A DNA stretch of 64,000 nt from an uncultured Gammaproteobacteria bacterium. Its GTDB lineage: Bacteria > Pseudomonadota > Gammaproteobacteria > Steroidobacterales > Woeseiaceae. The notes below the pieces were generated by a model that ran no database searches, was not told the origin of the DNA, and saw only the letters and a program-made list of their open reading frames with translations. The position numbers and the translations under genes were made by a program. Every line of letters begins with the position of its first letter. The first letter of the stretch is position 1. Of the stretch, positions 19,538-28,153 are shown one piece after another. The stretch is taken from positions 59,080-123,079 of the forward strand of contig CAVONH010000021.1 of assembly GCA_963697245.1 (NCBI GenBank). The letters run 5' to 3'.

Positions 19538-20614
19538 ATGGATCGCCGCCGGTTCATCGGCCTGTCGGCTGCGTTCGCAGCCGCGCCGCTTGCAACGGCG
19601 TGCGGCGGCCAGGAGAAAGTTCCAGCCGCCGGGGTCCCGCGCAGCTGCGTTCGACGATGACTCCACGGCCGAGGACGTGACGGACGGCATCGACCTGTCG
19701 GGCAAGATCGCCGTCGTAACGGGCTGCACGTCGGGGATCGGCTTCGAGACGATGCGCGTGCTGGCATTGCGGGGCGCCTGGGTCATCGGTACCAGCCGCT
19801 CGCTGCAGCGCGCGGACGAAGCCTGTCGGCGGGTGCGCGGCAAGACGACACCGCTCGAGCTCGAACTCTCCGACTTCGACTCGGTGGTGCGGCTGCGCCG
19901 AGACGATACGGTCACTGAACTCGCCCATCGATATGCTGGTGCTGAACGCGGGCTACCGGGGAGGAGGCAACGAGCGCACCCTGATCGGTGGCATCGAGAA
20001 GCATTTCCTCGTCAACCACCTCGGCCATTTCGTGCTCGTGAACCGGCTGCTCGACCGGCTCTACTTCGGCTGGCAGGGCCGCATCGTCGTGGTCGCGAGT
20101 CGTGCCGCGTATCGCGGCGCACCCGACGAGTGGCATCCGTTTCGATGACCTGACGCTTGCGTCCGACTACAGCGACTCGCTGGCCTACGGCCACTCGAAG
20201 CTCGCGAACGTCCTGTTCTCGCTCGAGCTGGGCAGGCTGCTCAAGGGCACCCGCATCACGTCGAACGCGCTGCACCCCGGCGTGATCGACACCGAGATCG
20301 ACCGCAACCTCAATCGCTTCATGCAGTTCGGTTTCGGCGTGCTGACGGCCCTGCGCGGCAAGTCGGTAGAAGCCGGCGCGGCCACGTCCTGCTACGTGGC
20401 GACCAGTCCGCTGCTCGGTTCGACGAGCGGGCGCTACTTCGAAGACTGCAACGCGGTCGAGGTCCCCGGCAGCCATCTGCAGGACATGGCGATGGCCGAC
20501 AGGCTGTGGCTGGTGTCCGAGGAACTGACGCGGGACTACCTCGTCAAGCACGAACGTCCGGACTGGAACGAGTTCGAAAACGGGCTGCGTAAGCCGGCAG
20601 GGACGGCGCAGTGA
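19538..20614 (+). pseudogene. Tat-signal lipoprotein SDR-family oxidoreductase, three frameshifts as sequenced
   Basis: MDRRRFIGLSAAFAAAPLATAC gives a twin-arginine motif plus lipobox. Then GKIAVVTGCTSGIGFET (TGxxxGxG), MLVLNAGY...VNHLGHF, and YGHSKLANVLF (YxxxK). These are read across frames, with changes near 19625, 19925 and 20125. Confidence 0.75.
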
Positions 20615-21292
20615 GCGGCGACGGGGAGCAAGCGCTGGTCGTGCTGTCGGGCGGACAGGATTCGACCACCTGCCTGCACTGGGCGATCGATCGTTTCGGA
20701 CGGGCCGATGTATCGAGCATCACGCTTCGACTACGGCCAGAGGCACCGCATCGAGCTGGAGTGCGCGCGCAACGTCGCGGCGGCTGCCGGCGTGCCGAAC
20801 GTCTGCCTGCCCATCGATACCTTCGCGGCGCTCGGGGGCGACGCCCTGACCGATGCGTCGGTTCCCGTCAGCGAAGCGACCGAAGAAGACAGCGAATTGC
20901 CGGTGACTTTCGTGGCCGGCCGCAACCTGATTTTCCTGACGTTCGCGGCTGCTTATGCCTACCGGCACGACGCGCGGCATCTCGTGACCGGCGTCGCGCA
21001 GACGGATTACAGCGGCTACCCGGATTGCCGCGAGGAGACCATGGCCGCCCTGCAGAAGGCGATCACGCTCGGCATGGATCGCGAATTCACGATCCACACG
21101 CCGCTGATGCACCGCTCCAAGCGGGAGACTGTCGAGCTTGCCGTACGGCTCGGCGCGCTCGAAGCGATGGCCCTGACGCACACCTGTTACAACGGCCGCC
21201 GTCCGCCCTGCGGCGAATGCCAGGCCTGCCGGCTGCGCGCGAAGGGCTTTGCGGAGGCCGGAGTGAGGGACCCCTTGCTCGATCTCCGATGA
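20611..21292 (+). pseudogene. queC: 7-cyano-7-deazaguanine synthase QueC, one frameshift as sequenced
   Basis: ALVVLSGGQDSTTCLHWA...SSIT then FDYGQRHRIELECA...VAGRNLIFL...CYNGRRPPCGECQACRLRAKGF (Zn-binding Cys cluster). An extra base at about 20725 (acgCttcgac) causes the shift. The GTG start overlaps the SDR stop. Confidence 0.85.
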
Positions 21293-21935
21293 CGTACACG
21301 GTCCGCGAAATCTATTACACGCTGCAGGGCGAGGGTGCCCGCACCGGCACGCCCGCGGTGTTCCTGCGCTTTGCCGGCTGCAATCTCTGGTCGGGCCGCG
21401 AACAGCATCGAGTGCAGGCGGTCTGCCGTTTCTGCGACACCGAATTCGTCGGCACCGAGCGGGCCGGGCGGCGGCAAGTTCGCAACGGCCGGGCGAACTG
21501 GCCGCTGCCGTCGCGAGCGCCTGGCCCGCACCCGACGCGCACCGCACTCGCTACGTGGTCTGCACCGGCGGCGAACCCCTGCTGCAGCTCGACGCGGCAG
21601 CGATCGATGCCCTGCACGCGGCGGGGTTCGAGGTCGGCGTGGAGACGAACGGTACGATCGCGGCGCCGCCGGGGGTCGACTGGTTGTGCGTCAGCCCGAA
21701 AGGCAATGCGGCACTGGAGCAAACGTCCGGCGACGAACTGAAACTCGTCTATCCGCAGGTCGAGCAAGAGGCACAACCCGGGCGCTTCGAGTCACTCGAA
21801 TTCCGGCACTTCTACCTGCAGCCGCTGGATGACGAGCGGCGCGACGCGAACACCCGCGCCACGATCGACTACTGTCTCGCGCACCCGCGCTGGAAGCTCA
21901 GCCTGCAGACACACAAGATCCTCGGCATCGCCTAG
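21289..21935 (+). pseudogene. queE: 7-carboxy-7-deazaguanine synthase QueE (radical SAM), two frameshifts as sequenced
   Basis: MTYTVREIYYTLQGEGARTGTPAVFLRFAGCNLWSG...CRFCDTEF (CxxxCxxC-type cluster), then GPGGGKFATAG, then ELAAAVASAW...YVVCTGGEPLLQL...GVETNGT...FYLQPLDD...KLSLQTHKILGI. Frame changes lie near 21460 and 21495. The ATG overlaps the queC stop. Confidence 0.85.
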
Positions 21936-21954
21936 GCGCTTTAGCGGGGCAGGA

Positions 21955-22779
21955 TCAGGCAGCTTCTTCGTGGCTTTCGTGGCGCCATTCCACGACGTTG
22001 AGCTCGATAAACACGAACGCGACGAGCCACAGCAACGCATCCCACCAGTCCACGAAATCGCCAGTGACCATCCAGGCTATGACGGCGAGCCCGAGAATGG
22101 AGTAGAGCACGAACTTGGCCACGGTGCTGACTTTGAGCGCCAGACCCTCGAAGCGGTTTTTCTCCTGCAGGCGCACGTCGATTTCGAGAATGAGCACGAC
22201 CAGCAGCCACACGGCGGCATTCACGACATCGACCATCGCGAGGAAGTGGATGCCGGCAAGCCCGGGTTCATCGACCACGGCAGCGACGCCGTCGAAGCGC
22301 ACGAATGAACCGAGATTGCTGAAGGTGCTGCAGTTGGACGTCGTGATCTCGACGTACTCGCCGAAGGTCGTCGCGTAGGACCAGTTCTGGCCGACCAGGT
22401 CGCAAACGTGGCTTATGCCATCGAGCGAGGTCGTCTGGAAGACGTACGCAGCGTCCTCGACGTAGCCGTAGAACGCGAACAGGATGAACAGGTAGCACGT
22501 GGCCCGCAGGGCATGCAGGGATATCTTGACGGTCGGGGTGAAGTGCCGGTCCTCGAGCACGTAGGTTTCCAGCTCGAACATCAGCAGCAGGACCACCCAT
22601 GCCGCCGTGTCGACAGTGGCCGCGTAGGCCTTGAAGATATCGCTGCCGGCTATGCCCTGCGGGTATTCGAGGCGTGCGGCAAGCCACTCCTCGCCGAAAA
22701 AGACGAAGACATTTATTGTCAGCAGGGTATAAATCGAGTACTTGAAAAGCTGGTACAGGACTCTGCCGTCGATTTTCAA
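21955..22779 (-). CDS. Uncharacterised polytopic membrane protein with a thrice-repeated D..W......E motif
   Basis: Intact 274-aa ORF with about 6 TM helices. Three related segments are DTAAWVVLLLMFELETYVLEDRHF, DVVNAAVWLLVVLILEIDVRLQEKNRF and DWWDALLWLVAFVFIELNVVEWRHE. I recognise no family. Confidence 0.6.
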   Translation of the reverse strand: MKIDGRVLYQLFKYSIYTLLTINVFVFFGEEWLAARLEYPQGIAGSDIFKAYAATVDTAAWVVLLLMFELETYVLEDRHFTPTVKISLHALRATCYLFILFAFYGYVEDAAYVFQTTSLDGISHVCDLVGQNWSYATTFGEYVEITTSNCSTFSNLGSFVRFDGVAAVVDEPGLAGIHFLAMVDVVNAAVWLLVVLILEIDVRLQEKNRFEGLALKVSTVAKFVLYSILGLAVIAWMVTGDFVDWWDALLWLVAFVFIELNVVEWRHESHEEAA

Positions 22780-22862
22780 GCAGCGTTTCCTCCGGACGCG
22801 CCGCCCCTGGCAGGGTGGCTGGCGGTCATAGGTGCCGAATTCGCACTAAACTAGACAAAGCC

Positions 22863-23657
22863 ATGAGCACACGCAATCGACTTATCAAATTTATTTCCGA
22901 CCGCGACTGGCGCATCTGGTTTGGGCTGGTTGTTACCTTCGTCTGGATCGGCGGCGGTCTGTGGTTCGTCACCGGCAGCGTCGCGGCGGACCCCGACCAG
23001 GAGCTGACGCTCGACGTCATCGGAAACTTCCTGGAGGGCGCATTCGCGCCGCTCGCTTTTCTGTGGCTCGTACTCGGGCTGTTCATGCAGCAACGTGAGC
23101 TCGCGAACAACACGGAGATGCTGCGGCGCACGTCCGAGCAGTCGGAAAAGCAGACGCAGGCGATTGCCGCCACCGAAATGAACGCCAGGCAGGAGACCTT
23201 TTTCAAGATCGCGGAGAGCGTTCGGCACCAGCTCGGCGGCATCACCGGCATGTTGTTTGCGGGCGGGCTGGGCCCGGTCGGCAGCCAGCGTTTCAGCCGT
23301 GAGGAGATCGCCGACATGTTCCAGAAAGCGTCGAGCGGCGATACCGAGATCTTTGCGCGGCAGATGCTGTCGATGGAATACATGGAGGAGGGCGGTATCG
23401 GTTCGCTCCTGTACGACACCGAGGTCCGCCGCCGCCACACGCGCAATTACCGGCGTACGTTCGAGCGGCTCGTCGAGCTGGGCCGCGGCTGCGATGTCGA
23501 CGGCATCATCGTCGACTCGATGAAGCAGTCCGGTTTCGGCCTGCTGTACGAACAGATGAGCGCCTACATGCCCGATGATTTCGGTGCCGGGCACGCGGAG
23601 AGCGCTGCGGGTCAGTCCGGGGCGTCTTCGACTTCGACGTCCTCGAAGTCGGCGTAA
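22863..23657 (+). CDS. Uncharacterised membrane protein (2 TM plus coiled-coil/cytoplasmic domain)
   Basis: ATG at 22863. Translation: MSTRNRLIKFISDRDWRIWFGLVVTFVWIGGGLWFV...FAPLAFLWLVLGLFMQQRELANNTEMLRRTSEQSEKQ... ending in a Ser/Thr-rich tail. The 3' end overlaps the convergent Fic gene by 46 nt. Confidence 0.5.
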   Translation: MSTRNRLIKFISDRDWRIWFGLVVTFVWIGGGLWFVTGSVAADPDQELTLDVIGNFLEGAFAPLAFLWLVLGLFMQQRELANNTEMLRRTSEQSEKQTQAIAATEMNARQETFFKIAESVRHQLGGITGMLFAGGLGPVGSQRFSREEIADMFQKASSGDTEIFARQMLSMEYMEEGGIGSLLYDTEVRRRHTRNYRRTFERLVELGRGCDVDGIIVDSMKQSGFGLLYEQMSAYMPDDFGAGHAESAAGQSGASSTSTSSKSA

Positions 23658-24760
23658 TAGATCCAGATGTTTTCTTCGCCGGTCAGGAGCTCGATGTACT
23701 TCGGGTGGACGAAGACGTTTTCGCGGCCGCGCTTGATTTCCTTCAGAACGCCGATCTCGCACAGCTGCTTCAGGTACACGGAGGCCGTCTGGCGCTTGGC
23801 GATCCCCGAGTCGACGAGGTTGCCGATGCGGCAATAGGGCTGCTGGAACAGCAGTTCGACCAGCTCCCAGGAATAGATCTTGGGCAGCGTCTTGTTCACG
23901 TATTGCGCCGTGTGGGCCATCAGCTCGCGAATCGCCTTGATCTTCTCCGTCGTCCAGACGCAGGTTTCCTCGACGCCCTCCAGGATGAAGCTGATCCAGG
24001 GCTCCCACTGCTGTTCGTGGGTGACGCCCTTCAGCAGCAGGTAGTAGGCGGCCTTGTTGCTGATGATGAACCGGCTCAGGTAGAGGATGGGCGAGTCGAG
24101 CAGGCCGTGCTCGACGAGAAACAGGATATTGAGGATGCGCCCGGTGCGGCCGTTGCCGTCCGCGAACGGGTGGATCGCCTCGAACTGGTAGTGCTGCACC
24201 GCCATGCGCACGAGCGGGTCGATGTCGGTACTGCTTTGCATGAAGTCCGCCCAGTTATCGAGCATCGTCTGCAGGTGCTTCTGGCCGACCGGGGGCGTGT
24301 AGATGACTTCGCCCGACGCCCGGTTTTTCAGCGTTGTTCCAGATTCTGATCGAAGATCCAGCTCTATCCCTTTGACAATACTGACAATTTGTATGGCCAT
24401 GTCGGTCGTCATCATGCGCCGCTGAACCATCTTCGCGCCTTCGTACAGGGCGGTGCGATAGCGCAGCGCCTCCTTTGTCGCGGCATCGGCCTTGTCCTCG
24501 GCGACGTCGGCGAACTCGAACAGCTTGTCGGTGGTCGTGACGATGTTCTCGATCTCGGAGCTGGCCCGCGCCTCCAGGAGCGGCAGGGCGTTGACCAGCA
24601 CGGCCGAGTTCGGGATGAGCTCGGCCGCCTGCTTGAGCTCTGCGAGCGCCACGCGCGCGGAGATGCACTGTTTCAGGATATCCCGCGTTTCGATGAGTTC
24701 GAGCGGCGGCGGCAGGGGCGGCAGGTCGTTGTACGGCAGTTTCGGGTCGAATTCGGGCAT
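23612..24760 (-). CDS. Fic family protein (class II, intramolecular inhibitory helix; C-terminal wHTH-like region)
   Basis: Core motif is HPFADGNGRTGR, matching HxFx(D/E)GNGRxxR. An N-terminal SSEIEN matches the (S/T)xxxE(G/N) inhibitory motif. The likely start is MPEFDPKLPYNDLPPLPPP (ATG complement at 24758-24760). Confidence 0.85.
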   Translation of the reverse strand: MPEFDPKLPYNDLPPLPPPLELIETRDILKQCISARVALAELKQAAELIPNSAVLVNALPLLEARASSEIENIVTTTDKLFEFADVAEDKADAATKEALRYRTALYEGAKMVQRRMMTTDMAIQIVSIVKGIELDLRSESGTTLKNRASGEVIYTPPVGQKHLQTMLDNWADFMQSSTDIDPLVRMAVQHYQFEAIHPFADGNGRTGRILNILFLVEHGLLDSPILYLSRFIISNKAAYYLLLKGVTHEQQWEPWISFILEGVEETCVWTTEKIKAIRELMAHTAQYVNKTLPKIYSWELVELLFQQPYCRIGNLVDSGIAKRQTASVYLKQLCEIGVLKEIKRGRENVFVHPKYIELLTGEENIWIYYADFEDVEVEDAPD

Positions 24761-24804
24761 CGTGCGGCTCCGGCGGGATCTTATGTCCAATTCAGCGGTA
24801 TTTT

Positions 24805-25060
24805 ATGACAAATATGTCGATAAAAGTGGAAAACTTCGACATATTTGGCTGCATATGTCGCTAAAAGTGGCAAAAATCGACATATTTGTCCGGATATGTC
24901 GATGGCATCGACAGTTTTCGCAATCACGTCGATATTTTCGAGAAATATCGACACGTTCACGAAACGCGTCGATAGCATCGACAGGTTCGGCAAACGTGTC
25001 GAATCATGGCTGCAATTTCGACATGTATCCAGTATAGGTCGATCGCGTCGACACGAATGT
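24805..25060. repeat. AT-rich array of at least 7 inverted-repeat pairs of (ATAT)GTCGA / TCGAC(ATAT), including a 41-bp tandem direct repeat
   Basis: The pairs are at 24812-24844, 24853-24885, 24894-24913, 24928-24952 (GTCGATATTT-TCGAG-AAATATCGAC, perfect), 24968-24982 (GTCGAT-AGC-ATCGAC), 24998-25022 and 25038-25052. Units 1 and 2 (24812-24852 and 24853-24893) are near-identical 41-mers. Confidence 0.85.
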
Positions 25061-25158
25061 GACCCAGGTGGGGAAATCCGCGTCGCCAACCGGCGACGTC
25101 GTGACAGGCCGGCCCGGCCCGCCTATCCTTGATCGCATCCATAGGGAGGGGGGGCGTT

Positions 25159-26403
25159 ATGGGCAAATTGAGGCACGTTGGCTGGTTATTTGTGTTCGGC
25201 TTGTGGGTCGCGGCCTGTGGCGGCAGCGGCGGCGACGGACCGTCGGTGTCGCCGCCACCACCTCCGCCGCCACCACCGCCACCGCCTGCAGCGGTCCCGT
25301 CGATCGACGTGGCGCAGGTGTTCCCGTCGCAGACCTTTGACCGGCTCGTGTCGCTGCAGCAGGCGCCGCGGGATGCGACGCGCTGGTTCGCGGTTGAGCA
25401 ACCTGGCGTAATCCGGCTGTTTGCGAACGACCAGGGCGCCGTGGCGAGCAGCGTGTTCCTCGACATTGTGGACCGCGTCAGCTCGGGAGGGGAACGCGGA
25501 CTGCTCGGCTTGGCATTCCATCCTGATTTTCCCGATACACCGGAGGTGTTCGTCGCCTATACGCGTTTGCCGGACGGATTTTCGCACGTGTCACGTTTCA
25601 CGAGCACGGATGCGGGACAGACCCTGGACGAGACCTCGGAGGAGGTGCTTCTGTCGGTGCCGCAGGACTTTGCAAATCACAATGGCGGCCACATCTTGTT
25701 CGGTCCCGACGGCTATCTCCATGTCGGCTTTGGTGACGGCGGCAGCGGCGGCGACCCGCTGGAACGCGCGCAGGACAATACGAACCTGCTCGGCACTATG
25801 GTCCGGATCGATGTCGATGGCGGAATCCCGTATGCCATCCCCGCGGCTGACCCGCCGAACCCGTTTGCCGCAAACCCCACATGTCCGCAAGGCTTTACCG
25901 TCGGCGGCGAGGAGTGCCCGGAGATCATGGCCTGGGGCTTGCGCAATCCCTGGCGCTACAGCTTCGACCGCCAGACTGGTGCCCTTTGGCTCGGCGACGT
26001 CGGCCAAAACAGCTGGGAAGAAGTCGACATCGTCACGGCCGGGGGTGACTACGGCTGGAATGACCGCGAGGGCGCGCACTGTTTCGATCCTCCGTCAGGC
26101 TGCGTCACCGATTCCACCGATCCTATTACGGAGTACGGTCGTGACCTCGGCGCTTCAATAACGGGCGGCTTCGTGTATCGCGGTAGTGCGATTCCCGACC
26201 TCGTCGGTTGGTACGTCTACGGCGATTTCATCAGCGGGCGTATTTTCGGCATACCTGCGGACAGTCCGGAAGGCACGGAGACCATCGTCTTGCTTGAATC
26301 CGGTCTTGGCATTTCGACGTTTGCGGAAGACCAGGACGGGGAACTCTACGTGATCAACTACAGCGGCAGCAGCACCATACACAGAATTACGGATGCCCCG
26401 TGA
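25159..26403 (+). CDS. PQQ-dependent sugar (glucose/sorbosone) dehydrogenase-like beta-propeller lipoprotein
   Basis: MGKLRHVGWLFVFGLWVAAC (lipobox), a 13-Pro linker, then GERGLLGLAFHPDF...NHNGGHILFGPDGYLHVGFGDGG...LGTMVRIDV...WGLRNPWRYSFD...GDVGQNSWEE...ITGGFVYRG. An RBS-like GGGAGG lies upstream. Confidence 0.8.
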   Translation: MGKLRHVGWLFVFGLWVAACGGSGGDGPSVSPPPPPPPPPPPPAAVPSIDVAQVFPSQTFDRLVSLQQAPRDATRWFAVEQPGVIRLFANDQGAVASSVFLDIVDRVSSGGERGLLGLAFHPDFPDTPEVFVAYTRLPDGFSHVSRFTSTDAGQTLDETSEEVLLSVPQDFANHNGGHILFGPDGYLHVGFGDGGSGGDPLERAQDNTNLLGTMVRIDVDGGIPYAIPAADPPNPFAANPTCPQGFTVGGEECPEIMAWGLRNPWRYSFDRQTGALWLGDVGQNSWEEVDIVTAGGDYGWNDREGAHCFDPPSGCVTDSTDPITEYGRDLGASITGGFVYRGSAIPDLVGWYVYGDFISGRIFGIPADSPEGTETIVLLESGLGISTFAEDQDGELYVINYSGSSTIHRITDAP

Positions 26404-26466
26404 GCGGCGCTTTGCTTTAAAATCCGGGCCCTCTTCAAGGTTGCAGGTCCGAACGGGAGAAGCAAA

Positions 26467-28143
26467 GTGAGCGTGAAGTCAGATATCGAAATCGCACAGG
26501 CCGCCAGTATTCTCCCGATCCAGGAGATCGGCGCGAAGATCGGCATACCGTCTGAAGCGCTGGTTCCCTACGGCCACGACAAGGCGAAGATCAGCGCCGA
26601 ATTCATCAATGCGAACGGCAAGCGCGAGGACGGCAAGCTCATCCTGGTGACGGCCGTATCGCCGACGCCTGCCGGCGAGGGCAAGACGACCACCACCGTC
26701 GGTCTCGGCGACGCGATGAACCTCATCGGCAAGCAGACCACCATCTGCCTGCGTGAGCCGAGCCTGGGGCCGTGTTTCGGCATGAAGGGCGGTGCAGCCG
26801 GCGGCGGTTACGCGCAGGTCGTGCCGATGACCGACATCAACCTGCACTTCACCGGCGACTTCCACGCGATCGGTGCCGCGCACAACCTGCTCGCCGCGCT
26901 GATCGACAACCACATGCACTGGGAGAACGAGCTCAACATCGATCCGCGCCGCGTCACCTGGCGGCGTGTCGTCGACATGAACGACCGCGCCCTCCGGTCG
27001 ATTACGTCGGGACTCGGTGGGTACCACAACGGCGTGGTCCGGGAGGCCGGTTTCGACATCACGGTCGCCTCCGAGATCATGGCGATCTTTTGTCTCGCGA
27101 CGAGCCTGTCCGATCTCGAGAACCGCCTCGCCAATATCGTCATCGGCTACACGCGCAACAACGAGCCCGTTACGGTGCGGCAGCTCAACGCGCACGGCGC
27201 GATGACGGCACTGCTCAAGGATGCGCTGCAGCCGAATCTCGTGCAGACGATGGAGAACAACCCCGCGCTGATGCACGGTGGCCCGTTCGCCAATATAGCC
27301 CACGGCTGCAACTCGGTGATGGCGACCAGAACGGCGCTGAAACTGTCCGACTATGTCGTCACCGAAGCGGGCTTCGGCGCCGATCTCGGCGCCGAGAAGT
27401 TCTTCAACATCAAGTGCCGCAAGGCAGGGCTGCGGCCCGATGCGGTTGTGCTGGTCGCGACCATCAAGGCGTTGAAGATGCACGGTGGCGTGCCGAAGGA
27501 CGAACTGGGCAAGGAGAATACCGAGGCGCTCGCGGCGGGCTGCAAGAACCTTGGCCGGCACATCCGCAATCTCGGCAAGTTCGGCGTGCCAGCGGTCGTC
27601 GCGATCAACCGCTACACGGCGGACACCGACGCGGAGGCGGCGGTCGTCAAGGATTTCTGCAAGGAGTTCGGCGTCAGTGCGATCGACTGCACCCACTGGG
27701 CCGACGGCGGCAAGGGTACTAAGGAGCTGGCCGAACACGTCGCCAGGCTGTGCGACAGCGGCGCCGCGCAATTCCGCACGCTCTACAACGACGATGTAAG
27801 CCTGTGGGAGAAGGCGCGTCGGGTCGCGCGGGAACTGTACGGTGCCGACGACATCATCGCCGACAAGAAGGTACGCGACGAATTTGCGAGCTTCGACGCG
27901 GCAGGCTACGGCAAGTACCCCGTTTGCATGGCGAAGACGCAGTACAGCTTTTCGACGGACCCCAACCTGCTGGGCGCGCCGTCCGGCCACGTCGTGCCGA
28001 TCCGCGAGATACGTCTTGCCGCCGGCGCAGAATTCGTGGTCGTCATCTGCGGCGCGATCATGACGATGCCGGGACTGCCGAGGAAACCCGCGGCCGACAA
28101 TATTCGCGTCAACAGCGCCGGCGAGATCGAGGGCCTGTTCTAG
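26467..28143 (+). CDS. fhs: Formate--tetrahydrofolate ligase
   Basis: 558 aa with a GTG start after GGGAGA. Translation: [24 protein letters not shown]...[23 protein letters not shown]...[15 protein letters not shown]. Confidence 0.92.
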   Translation: MSVKSDIEIAQAASILPIQEIGAKIGIPSEALVPYGHDKAKISAEFINANGKREDGKLILVTAVSPTPAGEGKTTTTVGLGDAMNLIGKQTTICLREPSLGPCFGMKGGAAGGGYAQVVPMTDINLHFTGDFHAIGAAHNLLAALIDNHMHWENELNIDPRRVTWRRVVDMNDRALRSITSGLGGYHNGVVREAGFDITVASEIMAIFCLATSLSDLENRLANIVIGYTRNNEPVTVRQLNAHGAMTALLKDALQPNLVQTMENNPALMHGGPFANIAHGCNSVMATRTALKLSDYVVTEAGFGADLGAEKFFNIKCRKAGLRPDAVVLVATIKALKMHGGVPKDELGKENTEALAAGCKNLGRHIRNLGKFGVPAVVAINRYTADTDAEAAVVKDFCKEFGVSAIDCTHWADGGKGTKELAEHVARLCDSGAAQFRTLYNDDVSLWEKARRVARELYGADDIIADKKVRDEFASFDAAGYGKYPVCMAKTQYSFSTDPNLLGAPSGHVVPIREIRLAAGAEFVVVICGAIMTMPGLPRKPAADNIRVNSAGEIEGLF

Positions 28144-28153
28144 GCACCGCGCG

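Noticed and set aside
24805-25060. Possible CRISPR array
   Set aside because: The repeated units are palindromic half-site pairs of variable spacing (29-42 nt). There is no constant direct repeat separated by unique spacers of uniform length, and no cas genes are in the window.
26404-26466. ZTP (pfl) riboswitch upstream of fhs, and a preQ1 riboswitch upstream of queC (around 20560-20611)
   Set aside because: The fhs leader is only about 60 nt and lacks the conserved ZTP sub-domains. queC overlaps the preceding SDR stop, so there is no leader at all.
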